DNA of 64,000 bases from positions 8,030 through 72,029 of the forward strand of contig CALACW010000133.1 in NCBI GenBank assembly GCA_937890355.1, read 5' to 3'. This stretch comes from an uncultured Clostridia bacterium. Lineage in GTDB: Bacteria; Bacillota; Clostridia; Oscillospirales; Acutalibacteraceae. The translations under genes were made by a program, and so were the position numbers. Below the pieces are notes generated by a model, which had not been told where the DNA came from, ran no database searches, and saw only the letters and a list, made by a program, of their open reading frames with translations. Below, one piece after another: positions 51,703 through 61,253 of this stretch (the first letter of the stretch is position 1; every line of letters begins with the position of its first letter).

Positions 51703-53241
51703 ATGAGCCGAAAAATAATTCGAAAACATAAACCGACGATTAACAGAAAACTTAACAGAAGTATTTCTATTATCGTCCTTATATTCCTTGTCGGCATAAT
51801 ATACGCTTCATATAAGAGTATCGACGTTATTTATATGCTCAATGCCGGCGTTATTTCATGGCAGGGAGCGGACGAGGTCGACGCTTTGTACTCAAGCTCA
51901 AATCTCGATGACTTTACAAAAAATCTCGACAATATTGAGCAGACGCACGAGGTTAAAATAGAAATTTTCAATACAAACGGTAAACTCGTTTACTCCACCG
52001 CATATAACGGCGTTCAGGGCTCCCCTCCATACGATGACTCGGATGCCATTCCGGACGAATACATACGCCGTTACACAACAACCGATATAGATACGTATAA
52101 CACAAATAACGGATATCACTTCGAAACTCAGAGAGACGAGGAGACCGGTATCGATTATCTTGTTTTTGTCAAAAAGGCAGCAAGCGGAGATACTATAAAG
52201 GTTTTTAAACAAAAAAGCGCGTTTGACCAATCTGCAAAACTTGCATTTATTTTTATATCTGTAATGTGCACGGTTGCACTGTTTGCAATAATGCTTACTA
52301 CGTTTACATACTTAAGAAAATTCACAAAACCACTGATAAAGATGAACAACGTTACAAAGCGAATCGCAAACCTCGACTTTTCACAGAAGTGTCCTCCCAG
52401 CAACGTACTTGAAATTTCCCAGCTTTCCGAAAGTATAAACGAAATGTCGGATTCGCTTGAAAATTCGCTTATTGATATTCAGAACAAAAACGAAAAACTT
52501 CAGAAGGATATCGAAAACGAAAGAACCATCGACCAGTTGAGAGAGGTATTCATCTCGGGTATTTCACACGAATTAAAAACGCCGATTGCGATAATACAGG
52601 GTTACGCCGAGGGACTCGAATACTATCTTGACAACGACCCCGAAATGGCAAAGAAATACTGCCGTACCATCATCGACGAAACGGGTAGAATGAACGATTT
52701 GACGATAAAACTGCTCGATATAACAAAATACGAATCAGGCGCATATCAGCTGATGTACGGCAATTTCAATTTAAAAGAGCTTATCGGCGAATGGTTCGAC
52801 AGAAATTCAAAAATTCTTACAGACAAGGGTATTTCGATAAGCAATGAAATAAACGAAAATTACATTGCCCGCGGAGATTCGTTCATTCTGTCGACCGTAG
52901 TTAATAATTACCTTTCCAACGCTGTTTCGCATGTAAGCGGTGAAAAAATTATCACTGCCTCAGCGGAGGATTTCGGCGACAGATACAGAATTTATATATA
53001 TAACACAGGCGAAAACATCGCTGAAAAAGATATAGATAAAATTTGGAACAGTTTCTACCGCGCAGACAAATCGCTTTCACGCTCACAGGGTCGTTTCGGA
53101 CTCGGACTCGCAATCGTGGCGGCGATTCAAAAACTTCACGGTCATGACTACGGAGTCGAAAACATGCCCGACGGCGTTCGGTTCTGGTTCGATGTTTCAA
53201 AAGGCGAAAAAGAAGCGGACGAAAATACAGACAAAAAATAA
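51703..53241 (+). CDS. sensor histidine kinase with an extracytoplasmic sensor domain and HAMP linker
   Basis: TM1 at ~aa 20-37, a periplasmic-type domain of ~150 aa, then TM2, HAMP, H-box SHELKTPIA, and N/G boxes (NYLSNAVSH, GRFGLGLAIV). Confidence 0.9.
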   Translation: MSRKIIRKHKPTINRKLNRSISIIVLIFLVGIIYASYKSIDVIYMLNAGVISWQGADEVDALYSSSNLDDFTKNLDNIEQTHEVKIEIFNTNGKLVYSTAYNGVQGSPPYDDSDAIPDEYIRRYTTTDIDTYNTNNGYHFETQRDEETGIDYLVFVKKAASGDTIKVFKQKSAFDQSAKLAFIFISVMCTVALFAIMLTTFTYLRKFTKPLIKMNNVTKRIANLDFSQKCPPSNVLEISQLSESINEMSDSLENSLIDIQNKNEKLQKDIENERTIDQLREVFISGISHELKTPIAIIQGYAEGLEYYLDNDPEMAKKYCRTIIDETGRMNDLTIKLLDITKYESGAYQLMYGNFNLKELIGEWFDRNSKILTDKGISISNEINENYIARGDSFILSTVVNNYLSNAVSHVSGEKIITASAEDFGDRYRIYIYNTGENIAEKDIDKIWNSFYRADKSLSRSQGRFGLGLAIVAAIQKLHGHDYGVENMPDGVRFWFDVSKGEKEADENTDKK

Positions 53242-53269
53242 AAAAACATATACAAAATAAGCACCCAAA

Positions 53270-53306
53270 GAGACTGTAAAAATCATTTTTGCAGTTTCTT
53301 TTTTCT
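53270..53306 (+). terminator. terminator of the TCS operon
   Basis: 7-bp stem (GAGACTG/CAGTTTC with one G-U pair), a long loop, and a T-rich tail. Confidence 0.45.
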
Positions 53307-53405
53307 TTGCCAAGATTATATGAATACTATAGTACAATTTTAATTTATTTTTCACATTATAACCGCCAAATTGGATGTTATTATTGTAAAAAAACCAATT
53401 TTATG

Positions 53406-53434
53406 TTGATTTATGTTTCTTTATTTGGTAAAAT
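53406..53434 (+). promoter_or_regulatory. extended -10 promoter of the 2031-aa gene
   Basis: TTGATT (53406-53411), 17 nt, TGgTAAAAT (53426-53434). Confidence 0.55.
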
Positions 53435-53477
53435 ATAAATTAACAGGAAAAGCCTGAATTTTTAACGGAGGTATATC

Positions 53478-56400
53478 ATGAAAACAAAGGTAAAAAAGCT
53501 TCTCTCTTTTGTACTGGTTTGTCTGATGCTCTTCGGCATTATGCCGGCGGGAATCGAACTGCCGACAAAAGCACAGGCGGCGGGCGTTCCGGGCTATAAC
53601 GCAGTTGCCGCAGTAGAGTGGGCAAAAGCACACGTAAACGACACATGGTCGTGTCTCTACGGACGCGGATACTGGGAACCCGGAACCGGCGACTGCGCTA
53701 ACTTCGTTTCCCAATGTATCTACATGGGAGGCGTTGACCAGACGGATAAATGGAATCACTCCGGCTATCTCGCGCATTACTCGGCAAACAGCGACGGTTC
53801 GTGGATAAGAGCTACTCAGCTTCACGACTACGTAGTTTCGATAGGCGGACAGGATATCGTCAACCCGTCCGTATCTCAGATTTCCCCGGGTGACCTTATA
53901 TTCTATAAGAGCAGTCCGAAATCAAACGGATATGCGCATTCCGCTATCGTTATCGATGTAAGCGGGGGCAAGGCGACAGTTGCCGCTCACACGACAAATT
54001 ACATCTGCTACACGAACGATAATTTTCATCTCGGATTTTCGGGAGCTTCTACGCATCTTGTAAAGATGTACGGAGGAACCTGTACGGATAAAAAGGTCAG
54101 GGATTTCACCGTATACACCGCAGGAAGCGATTCGGTTCTCTATGCTGAACCCTCGGTTTCATCAAAACGTTACTTCGGTTTCTATGCCGGCGAGTACACC
54201 CATGTTACCGAGACAAAAAACGTAAACGGCGAGCTTTGGGGATATGCTCAGGGCTACGGTGCCAATACGGGCTATAAAGAGGGCTGGGTTAAGATTTCAA
54301 CCCTCAATTACATAGGACATCAGTCGACAGGTCCTATATCGCACCTCATGGGCGATTGGTACGTAAAGGTACAGCCGACATGTTCGACAAAAGGCGTTGA
54401 GGAACGCGTATGCTCGCGCTGCGGTTATACGGAACAGAGATACATGTCAATCGGCGGAGCACATAAAGAGATAATCCCCGCAACATGTCTTGAGTCTGAA
54501 TACTGTGCGGCATGCGGTGAAATTCTTTCAGACCCTCTCGGTCATAAAATGAGCGGATGGATTTACGACAAAGAACCCACCTGTCTTGAAAAAGGAACCG
54601 AAAAGAATATCTGTCTGAGATGCGGTTATAAAGAAACACGCGAATGTGATGAACTCGGACACGATTTTACGGGATATTCGAATCTCCCCGGATGTACAAC
54701 GTCGGGAACTTCGTACTATAAGTGCGGAAGATGTGATTATTCATATATGGTAAACTCCGAGTGGACGGCATACTCGCTTATCGCCCCGTCGGACAGCAAG
54801 TACAGCGAATTTATCGGAAATCCCGATTTGAGCAAGAGCCGTACCGAGTACAGATACAGGGATAAACGCTACATAACCAGCAGTTCGTCATCGCTCTCCG
54901 GCTGGACAAAGTATAATACCACTTACAAGTACAGCAGTTACGGCAGCACTCAGGGTCCCGTTTACAAAGACCCCGGCAGCGGCGAATTAAGAAAGAGCTG
55001 GTCCGAAAAATATGTAAGCGATTATGAAAAGATTCATTATTACAGATATTCAAGATATGAAACAAGCGACGGTTCTACCGGAAACGATACATATCTTGCG
55101 TCGAAGAACTGGACAAATTATACTTATCTTGATTTAACATACAAACTTACACATCAGTCTTCAACAAAAGGCGAACCGAGCAACACACCCGGTTATATGG
55201 TATTTTATGAGTCGTCAAATTATAACGATTCTTCAACCAAAAGCTACAAAACTTACTGGTTCGAAAAAGAATTCGATAAAAACGACACCAGCAAGCCCAT
55301 CTACTCCACGCGCTGGTACTACCAGGACAGAACAAAAATCTACACATATTATTACTGGCAGTGGGGCAATTGGTCAAGCTGGTCAACGAGCAAACCTTCA
55401 AGTTCTTCCGACAGACAGATTGAAACGCGTACGACATATTCATTTAAACAGGGCGCACTCGGTCACGACTGGGGCGACCCCGTAGTGGTTGCACCCACAT
55501 GTCATGACGACGGTTATACCCGCCGTACGTGCAAACGATGCGGTGTAACAATGGATACGAACGTTACAAAAGCATTGGGCGATTTATTCGGCGAGTGGTA
55601 TCTCATCAGCGATGAAAATGCAAGCGTTAAGGTATACCGCCGTGACTGCGTAAGAAACTGCGGATGTCACTGCGGATGCTACGAAACAAAAACCGAAGAA
55701 GCCGAATGCGTTTACAAACCCGTTCAGACTGTTGCACCTACATGCACTGAGGACGGATATACCGTATACGCATGCACAATTCATCAGGACGAGACGAGAA
55801 CCGACGATATTGTCCCCGCTCTCGGACATGAACCCGATAACAACTGGTACATTACAAAAGTACCGGCATGCACCGAAAAGGGTGAAGAAGAGTGCAAGTG
55901 CGTACGTCACGACGGCGGAATAACGTGCGATAAAACATTTACGCGCGAAACAGACGCTTATTCGCATTCAATGACAAAAACTTCGGCATCAGCTCCGACA
56001 TGCTTAAACGTCGGAAACAGCGAATACTGGTTCTGTGACAGATGCAATAAGTATTTTTCCGATGAAAACGGCGATAATGAAATCAAAAAAGATTCATGGA
56101 TTATCCCCGCAACAGGACATAAACGCACCGACGCAAACGGAGAAGAAAACTGGATAACAGAGCTTGAAGCGTCATGCGGTACAACAGGTCTTGAGGTGCT
56201 TTACTGTCAGAACGACTGGTGCGACGTAACACAAACATGCGCTAACTGCGAAACAGAGCATCATTATCTTATAGACGAACGCGAAATAGAAGAAATCGCA
56301 CCCGACTATGAGATTATCGAGCACAAGAACCCCACATGCATCGAATTGGGATATGACATATGGAGCTGTAAAAACTGCATAGGAACAGACCATGAACACG

Positions 56401-59400
56401 GCTGGACCGATATTATCAACTTAGCGCCCCATCAATGGGGAGAACCCGAAATAACATATGCAGCATGTACATCGGGCGGACTCGAAAAAATCACATGTTC
56501 GTACTGCGGACTCGTTGACATAACGGGAACCGATGAGGCAACGGGACACGCAAAGAGTCCTCTTGATTCCGATTACAATGATTCCGATGATAAAATGGAA
56601 CTCATTTCTTCTGTTAAAAATGTCTGCGGAGACGGAACGGTCGACACGTACAGATGTACCCATATCGACAAAAATACAAATACCCGCTGTGACTACACCG
56701 TCACAATCGGCGAAGCAAACGACCATACACTCGGCGATTATATCGTCACAAAAGAGCCCTCATGTACCGAAACCGGACTTCGTCACAAGGAGTGCATTAA
56801 CGGCGATTATTCGACCGAGGATGAGATAATACCCGCAACCGGACATGATTACAAGGAAGAGGAAACCGTTCCTCCGACATGCGTAAAAGCGGGATATGTT
56901 CTCATGGTATGTGCAAACGATTCGTCGCACAGATATGAAAAATACACCTCTCAGCCTCTCGGTCACGAGTACGGCGAATGGTATGTAGTAATTCCCGCAA
57001 CATACGAATCAACAGGACTTTTAAGACGCGACTGTATACGTCACGACGTGTACGAAACGCGTGAAATCCCCATGAAAATAAGACATAAGGCAACATTCAT
57101 AGCCGACGATAAAATAATCGGAGTTGTCGAATTCGAGGACGGAGCTACATCAATTGACGAGCCCGCAGTACCCGAAAAAGACAGATACACGGCTAAGTGG
57201 GAGGATTACGTTCTTGCGGATAAGGACATAACGATTTATGCCGAATACTCGCTCATACCTCCCGACGGTTCATCTCAGATAAAAACGGACAAAACGGCGT
57301 CGTTCGACCCCGTAACGGGAGACGCGGTTATAACGCTCTCCGCATCATCCGACGCGAAAACAGTTATTTCAAAAACCGTCAAGGGCAAACCTCTCGATAT
57401 CGTGCTTGTTGTCGACCAGTCCGGAAGTATGGAGGGCGCAAGAACCCAGGCACTGAAAAAATCGGCAAATGAATTTATTTCGGCTGTTAATGAAAATGCG
57501 AAAGAAATCGATACCGATCACCGTATGGCTATCGTCGGATTCGCTATGGGTAAGAATGACATTTCAAGAGAATATTACGCGTACCTTAACACCGGCATTC
57601 TTACAACAGGACGCGGATTTATTCAGAAAAACAGACTGACAAACTCGGATATCAAAAATTCTCTTGTCTCTGTCAGAGATTCCGACGGAAAAGTTAACGA
57701 GATTCTTACTTCAGCTGTTAATTCGATTCAGGCAAAGGGCGCTACGGCGGCAGACCTCGGACTCGAAACAGCAAACGATATATTCTCTATGAATATATCA
57801 GACGGCAGAAAGAGAGTTATAGTATTTATGACCGACGGCGACCCGACATATAATTCCGATTTCCAAACGGAGGTTGCAAACAGCGCAATCAAGCAGGCAA
57901 ACATTGCAAAGAACGCTAACAACGCCGTTATTTACGGAATCAATATCGAGAATTACCGCTCGGAGCGTTCCAAAAATTTCATAAAATACGTTTCTTCAAA
58001 CTACCCCGACGCGTCGTCATTCAATTACCCCGGAAGCAAACTTACGGATAAATACTATCTCGAGGCTCAGAACACTTCATCACTTTCTTCGATATTTGAG
58101 ACTATAGCGGAAGAAACATTTGTAAACACGACCGATTTTAAGGACGTTACTCTTATCGACACGGTATCGAAATATTTCACGCTTACAACCGAACAGGAAA
58201 AAACGCTCAAAGAATCCGCAGTCGAAAAACTGGGAGTTAAATATTCCGACATAACCGTAACAAGAAACGACGACGGCACTACCGTAATCAGAATAGACCA
58301 TGTAATGCCGACGGAGACGACCGTCAACGGCAAAACAAAGTTCATTGCAGAGCTTTCATTTACCGTAACGGCAAACGAAAACACTCTTGAAAGCGGTATA
58401 TACAATACAAACACGGACGACGCGGGAATCCTGTTCCCCGGTGCCGATTCGTACGAAAAAACGTTTGTCTCTCCCAACATCAGAATTACCGAGGGCAGAG
58501 CTGCCGCCGTGTTCAGAATAAATTCAGCCGTTTTCAACATTGTTAACGTAAAAGCCGGAAGCAAGATAAAAGCACCCGAATTCAATGTTGAAAGCGGATA
58601 TACGTTCAGCGGATGGGATGTCCCCGAAAACTTTACGCTCGACGGCGGTTACGTTATATTTGATTCCACGCTTACCAGGGCAAAACACACAGTTACGTGG
58701 ATAATCGACTCGAAGGAAACGAGTGAAACGCTCAGCGTAGGCGACAGAATTACAGCTCCCGATGTTACTCTCAATTCTTCCGGAATGGAATTTGCAGGCT
58801 GGGACGCGGATGTTCCCGACTACATGCCCGATTCCGACCTTACATTTACAGCACTGTTTGCGGATCACGAGCATAAGTATTCCGTAAAATCCGAAAAGAA
58901 AGCGTCATGCACAGAAAACGGAGAAATCGTTTACGAGTGTGAAATCTGCGCTGAAACGTACAGTGAAACGCTCGAATGCACCGGACATCACAATTACTAC
59001 GCCGTAACCGGTCCGTCAGTCGACAACGACGCGAAGACATCGTTTATCTGCTCAGAATGCGGAGAGTATCTCAACTCAAATCTTATATACAAACTCGTCG
59101 GAACGAGAACGGATTACCGCGGAAATACCCGCTCTGTAACATACGACATCCGAATGACCGACGAATCTCAGGCTGTAGTCCAGCCCGACGGCTCGGTTAC
59201 CGTTTCGGCTGTTTTAAACGGCTACTATCCAGACGACATAACGGATATCAAAGTTAAGAGATATAACGACGATTCTACGTATACTCTCCTCCCCTGCACG
59301 GTTAAGGACGGTATAGTTACATTTACTACAGACCATTTCTGCACATTCGAATTCGTTATTCCGGCTGACTGCGAAGACCGCGGAAGACATGAGGATTATG

Positions 59401-59573
59401 ACAAGGACGGTATATGCGACAAATGCGGAAAAGCCGTTACAAAAGCGGATCTTTTCAGATGCTCAATGTGCCCGAAATACGAACAAATGAAGGATATTCC
59501 CGTTATCGGAATCATATATTCGGTAATACATTTCTTCATACATCTGGCGTCTATGATAAGTCATATATCTTAA
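53478..59573 (+). CDS. giant secreted mosaic protein (2031 aa). Domain order: Cys/His amidase-like, SH3b-like, ~18 Cys3-His modules, Tyr/Trp/Ser-rich WSxWS region, Listeria-Bacteroides (Flg_new) repeats, vWA, C-terminal hydrophobic tail
   Basis: Signal peptide MKTKVKKLLSFVLVCLMLFGIMPAGIELPTKAQA. The amidase-like domain carries GDCANFVSQCIYMGG and GYAHSAIVIDV. The vWA MIDAS motif is DIVLVVDQSGSM...TDGDPT. Flg_new repeats include GYTFSGWD, FAGWDADVP and RYTAKWED. GGAGG RBS is present and there is no LPXTG. Confidence 0.85.
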   Translation: MKTKVKKLLSFVLVCLMLFGIMPAGIELPTKAQAAGVPGYNAVAAVEWAKAHVNDTWSCLYGRGYWEPGTGDCANFVSQCIYMGGVDQTDKWNHSGYLAHYSANSDGSWIRATQLHDYVVSIGGQDIVNPSVSQISPGDLIFYKSSPKSNGYAHSAIVIDVSGGKATVAAHTTNYICYTNDNFHLGFSGASTHLVKMYGGTCTDKKVRDFTVYTAGSDSVLYAEPSVSSKRYFGFYAGEYTHVTETKNVNGELWGYAQGYGANTGYKEGWVKISTLNYIGHQSTGPISHLMGDWYVKVQPTCSTKGVEERVCSRCGYTEQRYMSIGGAHKEIIPATCLESEYCAACGEILSDPLGHKMSGWIYDKEPTCLEKGTEKNICLRCGYKETRECDELGHDFTGYSNLPGCTTSGTSYYKCGRCDYSYMVNSEWTAYSLIAPSDSKYSEFIGNPDLSKSRTEYRYRDKRYITSSSSSLSGWTKYNTTYKYSSYGSTQGPVYKDPGSGELRKSWSEKYVSDYEKIHYYRYSRYETSDGSTGNDTYLASKNWTNYTYLDLTYKLTHQSSTKGEPSNTPGYMVFYESSNYNDSSTKSYKTYWFEKEFDKNDTSKPIYSTRWYYQDRTKIYTYYYWQWGNWSSWSTSKPSSSSDRQIETRTTYSFKQGALGHDWGDPVVVAPTCHDDGYTRRTCKRCGVTMDTNVTKALGDLFGEWYLISDENASVKVYRRDCVRNCGCHCGCYETKTEEAECVYKPVQTVAPTCTEDGYTVYACTIHQDETRTDDIVPALGHEPDNNWYITKVPACTEKGEEECKCVRHDGGITCDKTFTRETDAYSHSMTKTSASAPTCLNVGNSEYWFCDRCNKYFSDENGDNEIKKDSWIIPATGHKRTDANGEENWITELEASCGTTGLEVLYCQNDWCDVTQTCANCETEHHYLIDEREIEEIAPDYEIIEHKNPTCIELGYDIWSCKNCIGTDHEHGWTDIINLAPHQWGEPEITYAACTSGGLEKITCSYCGLVDITGTDEATGHAKSPLDSDYNDSDDKMELISSVKNVCGDGTVDTYRCTHIDKNTNTRCDYTVTIGEANDHTLGDYIVTKEPSCTETGLRHKECINGDYSTEDEIIPATGHDYKEEETVPPTCVKAGYVLMVCANDSSHRYEKYTSQPLGHEYGEWYVVIPATYESTGLLRRDCIRHDVYETREIPMKIRHKATFIADDKIIGVVEFEDGATSIDEPAVPEKDRYTAKWEDYVLADKDITIYAEYSLIPPDGSSQIKTDKTASFDPVTGDAVITLSASSDAKTVISKTVKGKPLDIVLVVDQSGSMEGARTQALKKSANEFISAVNENAKEIDTDHRMAIVGFAMGKNDISREYYAYLNTGILTTGRGFIQKNRLTNSDIKNSLVSVRDSDGKVNEILTSAVNSIQAKGATAADLGLETANDIFSMNISDGRKRVIVFMTDGDPTYNSDFQTEVANSAIKQANIAKNANNAVIYGINIENYRSERSKNFIKYVSSNYPDASSFNYPGSKLTDKYYLEAQNTSSLSSIFETIAEETFVNTTDFKDVTLIDTVSKYFTLTTEQEKTLKESAVEKLGVKYSDITVTRNDDGTTVIRIDHVMPTETTVNGKTKFIAELSFTVTANENTLESGIYNTNTDDAGILFPGADSYEKTFVSPNIRITEGRAAAVFRINSAVFNIVNVKAGSKIKAPEFNVESGYTFSGWDVPENFTLDGGYVIFDSTLTRAKHTVTWIIDSKETSETLSVGDRITAPDVTLNSSGMEFAGWDADVPDYMPDSDLTFTALFADHEHKYSVKSEKKASCTENGEIVYECEICAETYSETLECTGHHNYYAVTGPSVDNDAKTSFICSECGEYLNSNLIYKLVGTRTDYRGNTRSVTYDIRMTDESQAVVQPDGSVTVSAVLNGYYPDDITDIKVKRYNDDSTYTLLPCTVKDGIVTFTTDHFCTFEFVIPADCEDRGRHEDYDKDGICDKCGKAVTKADLFRCSMCPKYEQMKDIPVIGIIYSVIHFFIHLASMISHIS

Positions 59574-59608
59574 TAGATTTCCAAAATATAAAATCATAGT
59601 AAGCAGTT

Positions 59609-59652
59609 CCCCGCCCGTGTCTAAACTAAGATTCGGGCGGGGATAAATTTAT
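59609..59652 (+). terminator. terminator of the 2031-aa gene
   Basis: 9-bp GC-rich stem CCCCGCCCG / CGGGCGGGG with an interrupted T-rich tail. Confidence 0.6.
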
Positions 59653-59685
59653 TAAAATATCTTTATGCTGAAAAAAATGATAAAA

Positions 59686-59722
59686 AAGAGACTCAAGGCA
59701 AATATGTCCCGAGTCTTTTTTT
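59686..59722. terminator. hairpin with flanking A/T runs (terminator of tRNA-Leu and/or a second + strand stop)
   Basis: AAAAAAGAGACTC...GAGTCTTTTTTTATT. Confidence 0.5.
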
Positions 59723-59724
59723 AT

Positions 59725-59808
59725 TGGTGCGGGTAACAGGGGTCGAACCTGCATGCCGTCGGCACAGGAACCTAAATCCTGCGTGTCTGCCAATTCCACC
59801 ATACCCGC
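59725..59808 (-). tRNA. tRNA-Leu (anticodon TAG), class II with a long variable arm
   Basis: The reverse complement is GCGGGTATGGTGGAATTGGCAGACACGCAGGATTTAGGTTCCTGTGCCGACGGCATGCAGGTTCGACCCCTGTTACCCGCACCA. Anticodon stem CAGGA/TCCTG with loop TTTAGGT. Confidence 0.95.
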
Positions 59809-59844
59809 GTAACGTTATTATATTATATCAAATAACGTAAAATG

Positions 59845-60534
59845 TCAACCTTCATTTTTTATATCCGGGTTCTTTTTCTCTTCGGCGTTTACTTCCGCAG
59901 CAGGAAAAGTTACGGTTTCATCTGTTACCTTGAAATTTTCGAAAGTAACATTCTGACTTACAGAAGAGCTATCGGAATTTGCATTGGGAACCGCATTCGA
60001 TTTTTCGTTAAGAATCTCGGCACCGTACGCGCACAAAAAGGATACGATTATAAATGTTACACCGATAATAATATTAGCTGTCGCGTCCGAATCAAAAGAT
60101 TCTGCCGAACCCATAACCTTTGCGGTAATCGAATCCGCAATACCGCAGATCGGCTGAGATGCCAATGTAACGCACGAAGTAACAATGCCAAGCGTCCGCA
60201 TTTTCTTCGCACCCTCAAATGTAAACGGGGTTTTCTCATTAAGCTCGAAATTAAAATAATTTTCAGCAGTTTTGGATATAAAGATTTCGCCTGCGCTGAT
60301 TATCATCCCTGTAATAGCCGAAGAATAAATAGAGCCTAAACTCATCTGTGCTTCGTTTTCAATATACGAAACAATTGACTCTCCGCCGAGTTTAAAAACA
60401 TCCGAACCGAAAATCAGACCGATTAATCCGACTGCCAGCGAGCAAAACGTAATAATACTGAATATAAAAACAATCTTACTGAGAATTTTTCCGGCTTTTG
60501 AAAATCCCTGAATAGTTTTAAGCGATTTACTCAT
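59845..60534 (-). CDS. hypothetical polytopic membrane protein
   Basis: Several hydrophobic segments and a Ser/Asn-rich C-terminus. ATG 60534 is preferred (GAGAGGA 9 nt upstream) over 60552. Confidence 0.55.
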   Translation of the reverse strand: MSKSLKTIQGFSKAGKILSKIVFIFSIITFCSLAVGLIGLIFGSDVFKLGGESIVSYIENEAQMSLGSIYSSAITGMIISAGEIFISKTAENYFNFELNEKTPFTFEGAKKMRTLGIVTSCVTLASQPICGIADSITAKVMGSAESFDSDATANIIIGVTFIIVSFLCAYGAEILNEKSNAVPNANSDSSSVSQNVTFENFKVTDETVTFPAAEVNAEEKKNPDIKNEG

Positions 60535-60594
60535 AGTACATATTCCTCTCATAAGTTTCGGGCGGAGCCGGCGCTTCGCCCGAAAACGAGCGTT

Positions 60595-61149
60595 TTATTT
60601 AAGTTTCTTACCATCCGAAAAAGCAGTTCCGACCTTTTCGCCGAGCGCGTAATATCCGTCGTGAATCGGGTCGAAGGTTATGGGTTTGAATTTATCAAGG
60701 TCAACTTCCCCGTCGGAACCCAATATGCTCTCATCAGCCGAGATGTTGACAATCTCGCCTAAATAAAGTCCGCCGTCGAGAATTGATTTTAATTTGCACT
60801 CGAGAGTAAGAGGAAGCTCATTTATAACAGGAGCGTTTACAAACTCACTTTTAACTGTAGAAAATCCCGCTTTCTTCATCTTATCACCGTCGTCGTTTGC
60901 AGAAACAACACCTACATAATCACATTCGGCAGTGTGAGCAACATCCGCCATACTTACGGTAAAAGCATTTGTCTTCTTCATATTCTCGGTGGTTTTATGA
61001 CTGCCGAGACTGATTATTATTTCCTTACCGCCGACGATACCGCCCCATGCGGCATTCATTGCATTTGCAATGCCGTTCTCGTCATAAGTGCCGATTATCA
61101 TAACAGGCATGGGATAAAGAACGGGTTTAGCTCCGAAATTTTTTCTCAT
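60595..61149 (-). CDS. flavin reductase-like (FMN-binding split-barrel) protein
   Basis: 184 aa. LYPMPVMIIGTYDENGIANAMNAAWGG is typical of the flavoredoxin/Flavin_Reduct family. AGGAG RBS is present. Confidence 0.7.
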   Translation of the reverse strand: MRKNFGAKPVLYPMPVMIIGTYDENGIANAMNAAWGGIVGGKEIIISLGSHKTTENMKKTNAFTVSMADVAHTAECDYVGVVSANDDGDKMKKAGFSTVKSEFVNAPVINELPLTLECKLKSILDGGLYLGEIVNISADESILGSDGEVDLDKFKPITFDPIHDGYYALGEKVGTAFSDGKKLK

Positions 61150-61253
61150 AATTAATCACTCCTAAATTTTATTTATAAAAAACCGCGACCCTGAAAAAAC
61201 ACACGGAATCGCAGTTTTCTGCGGGAATTACCGCAATCCCCGTTTATCGGTAT

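Noticed and set aside
53478-59808. The idea that the 2031-aa gene is part of a tRNA-Leu-targeted genomic island. The same idea applies to the region next to the tRNA-Trp/CAT pair.
   Set aside because: There is no integrase, recombinase or transposase gene. I found no obvious duplicated tRNA 3'-end direct repeat by eye. The composition of this gene looks like the surrounding chromosome.
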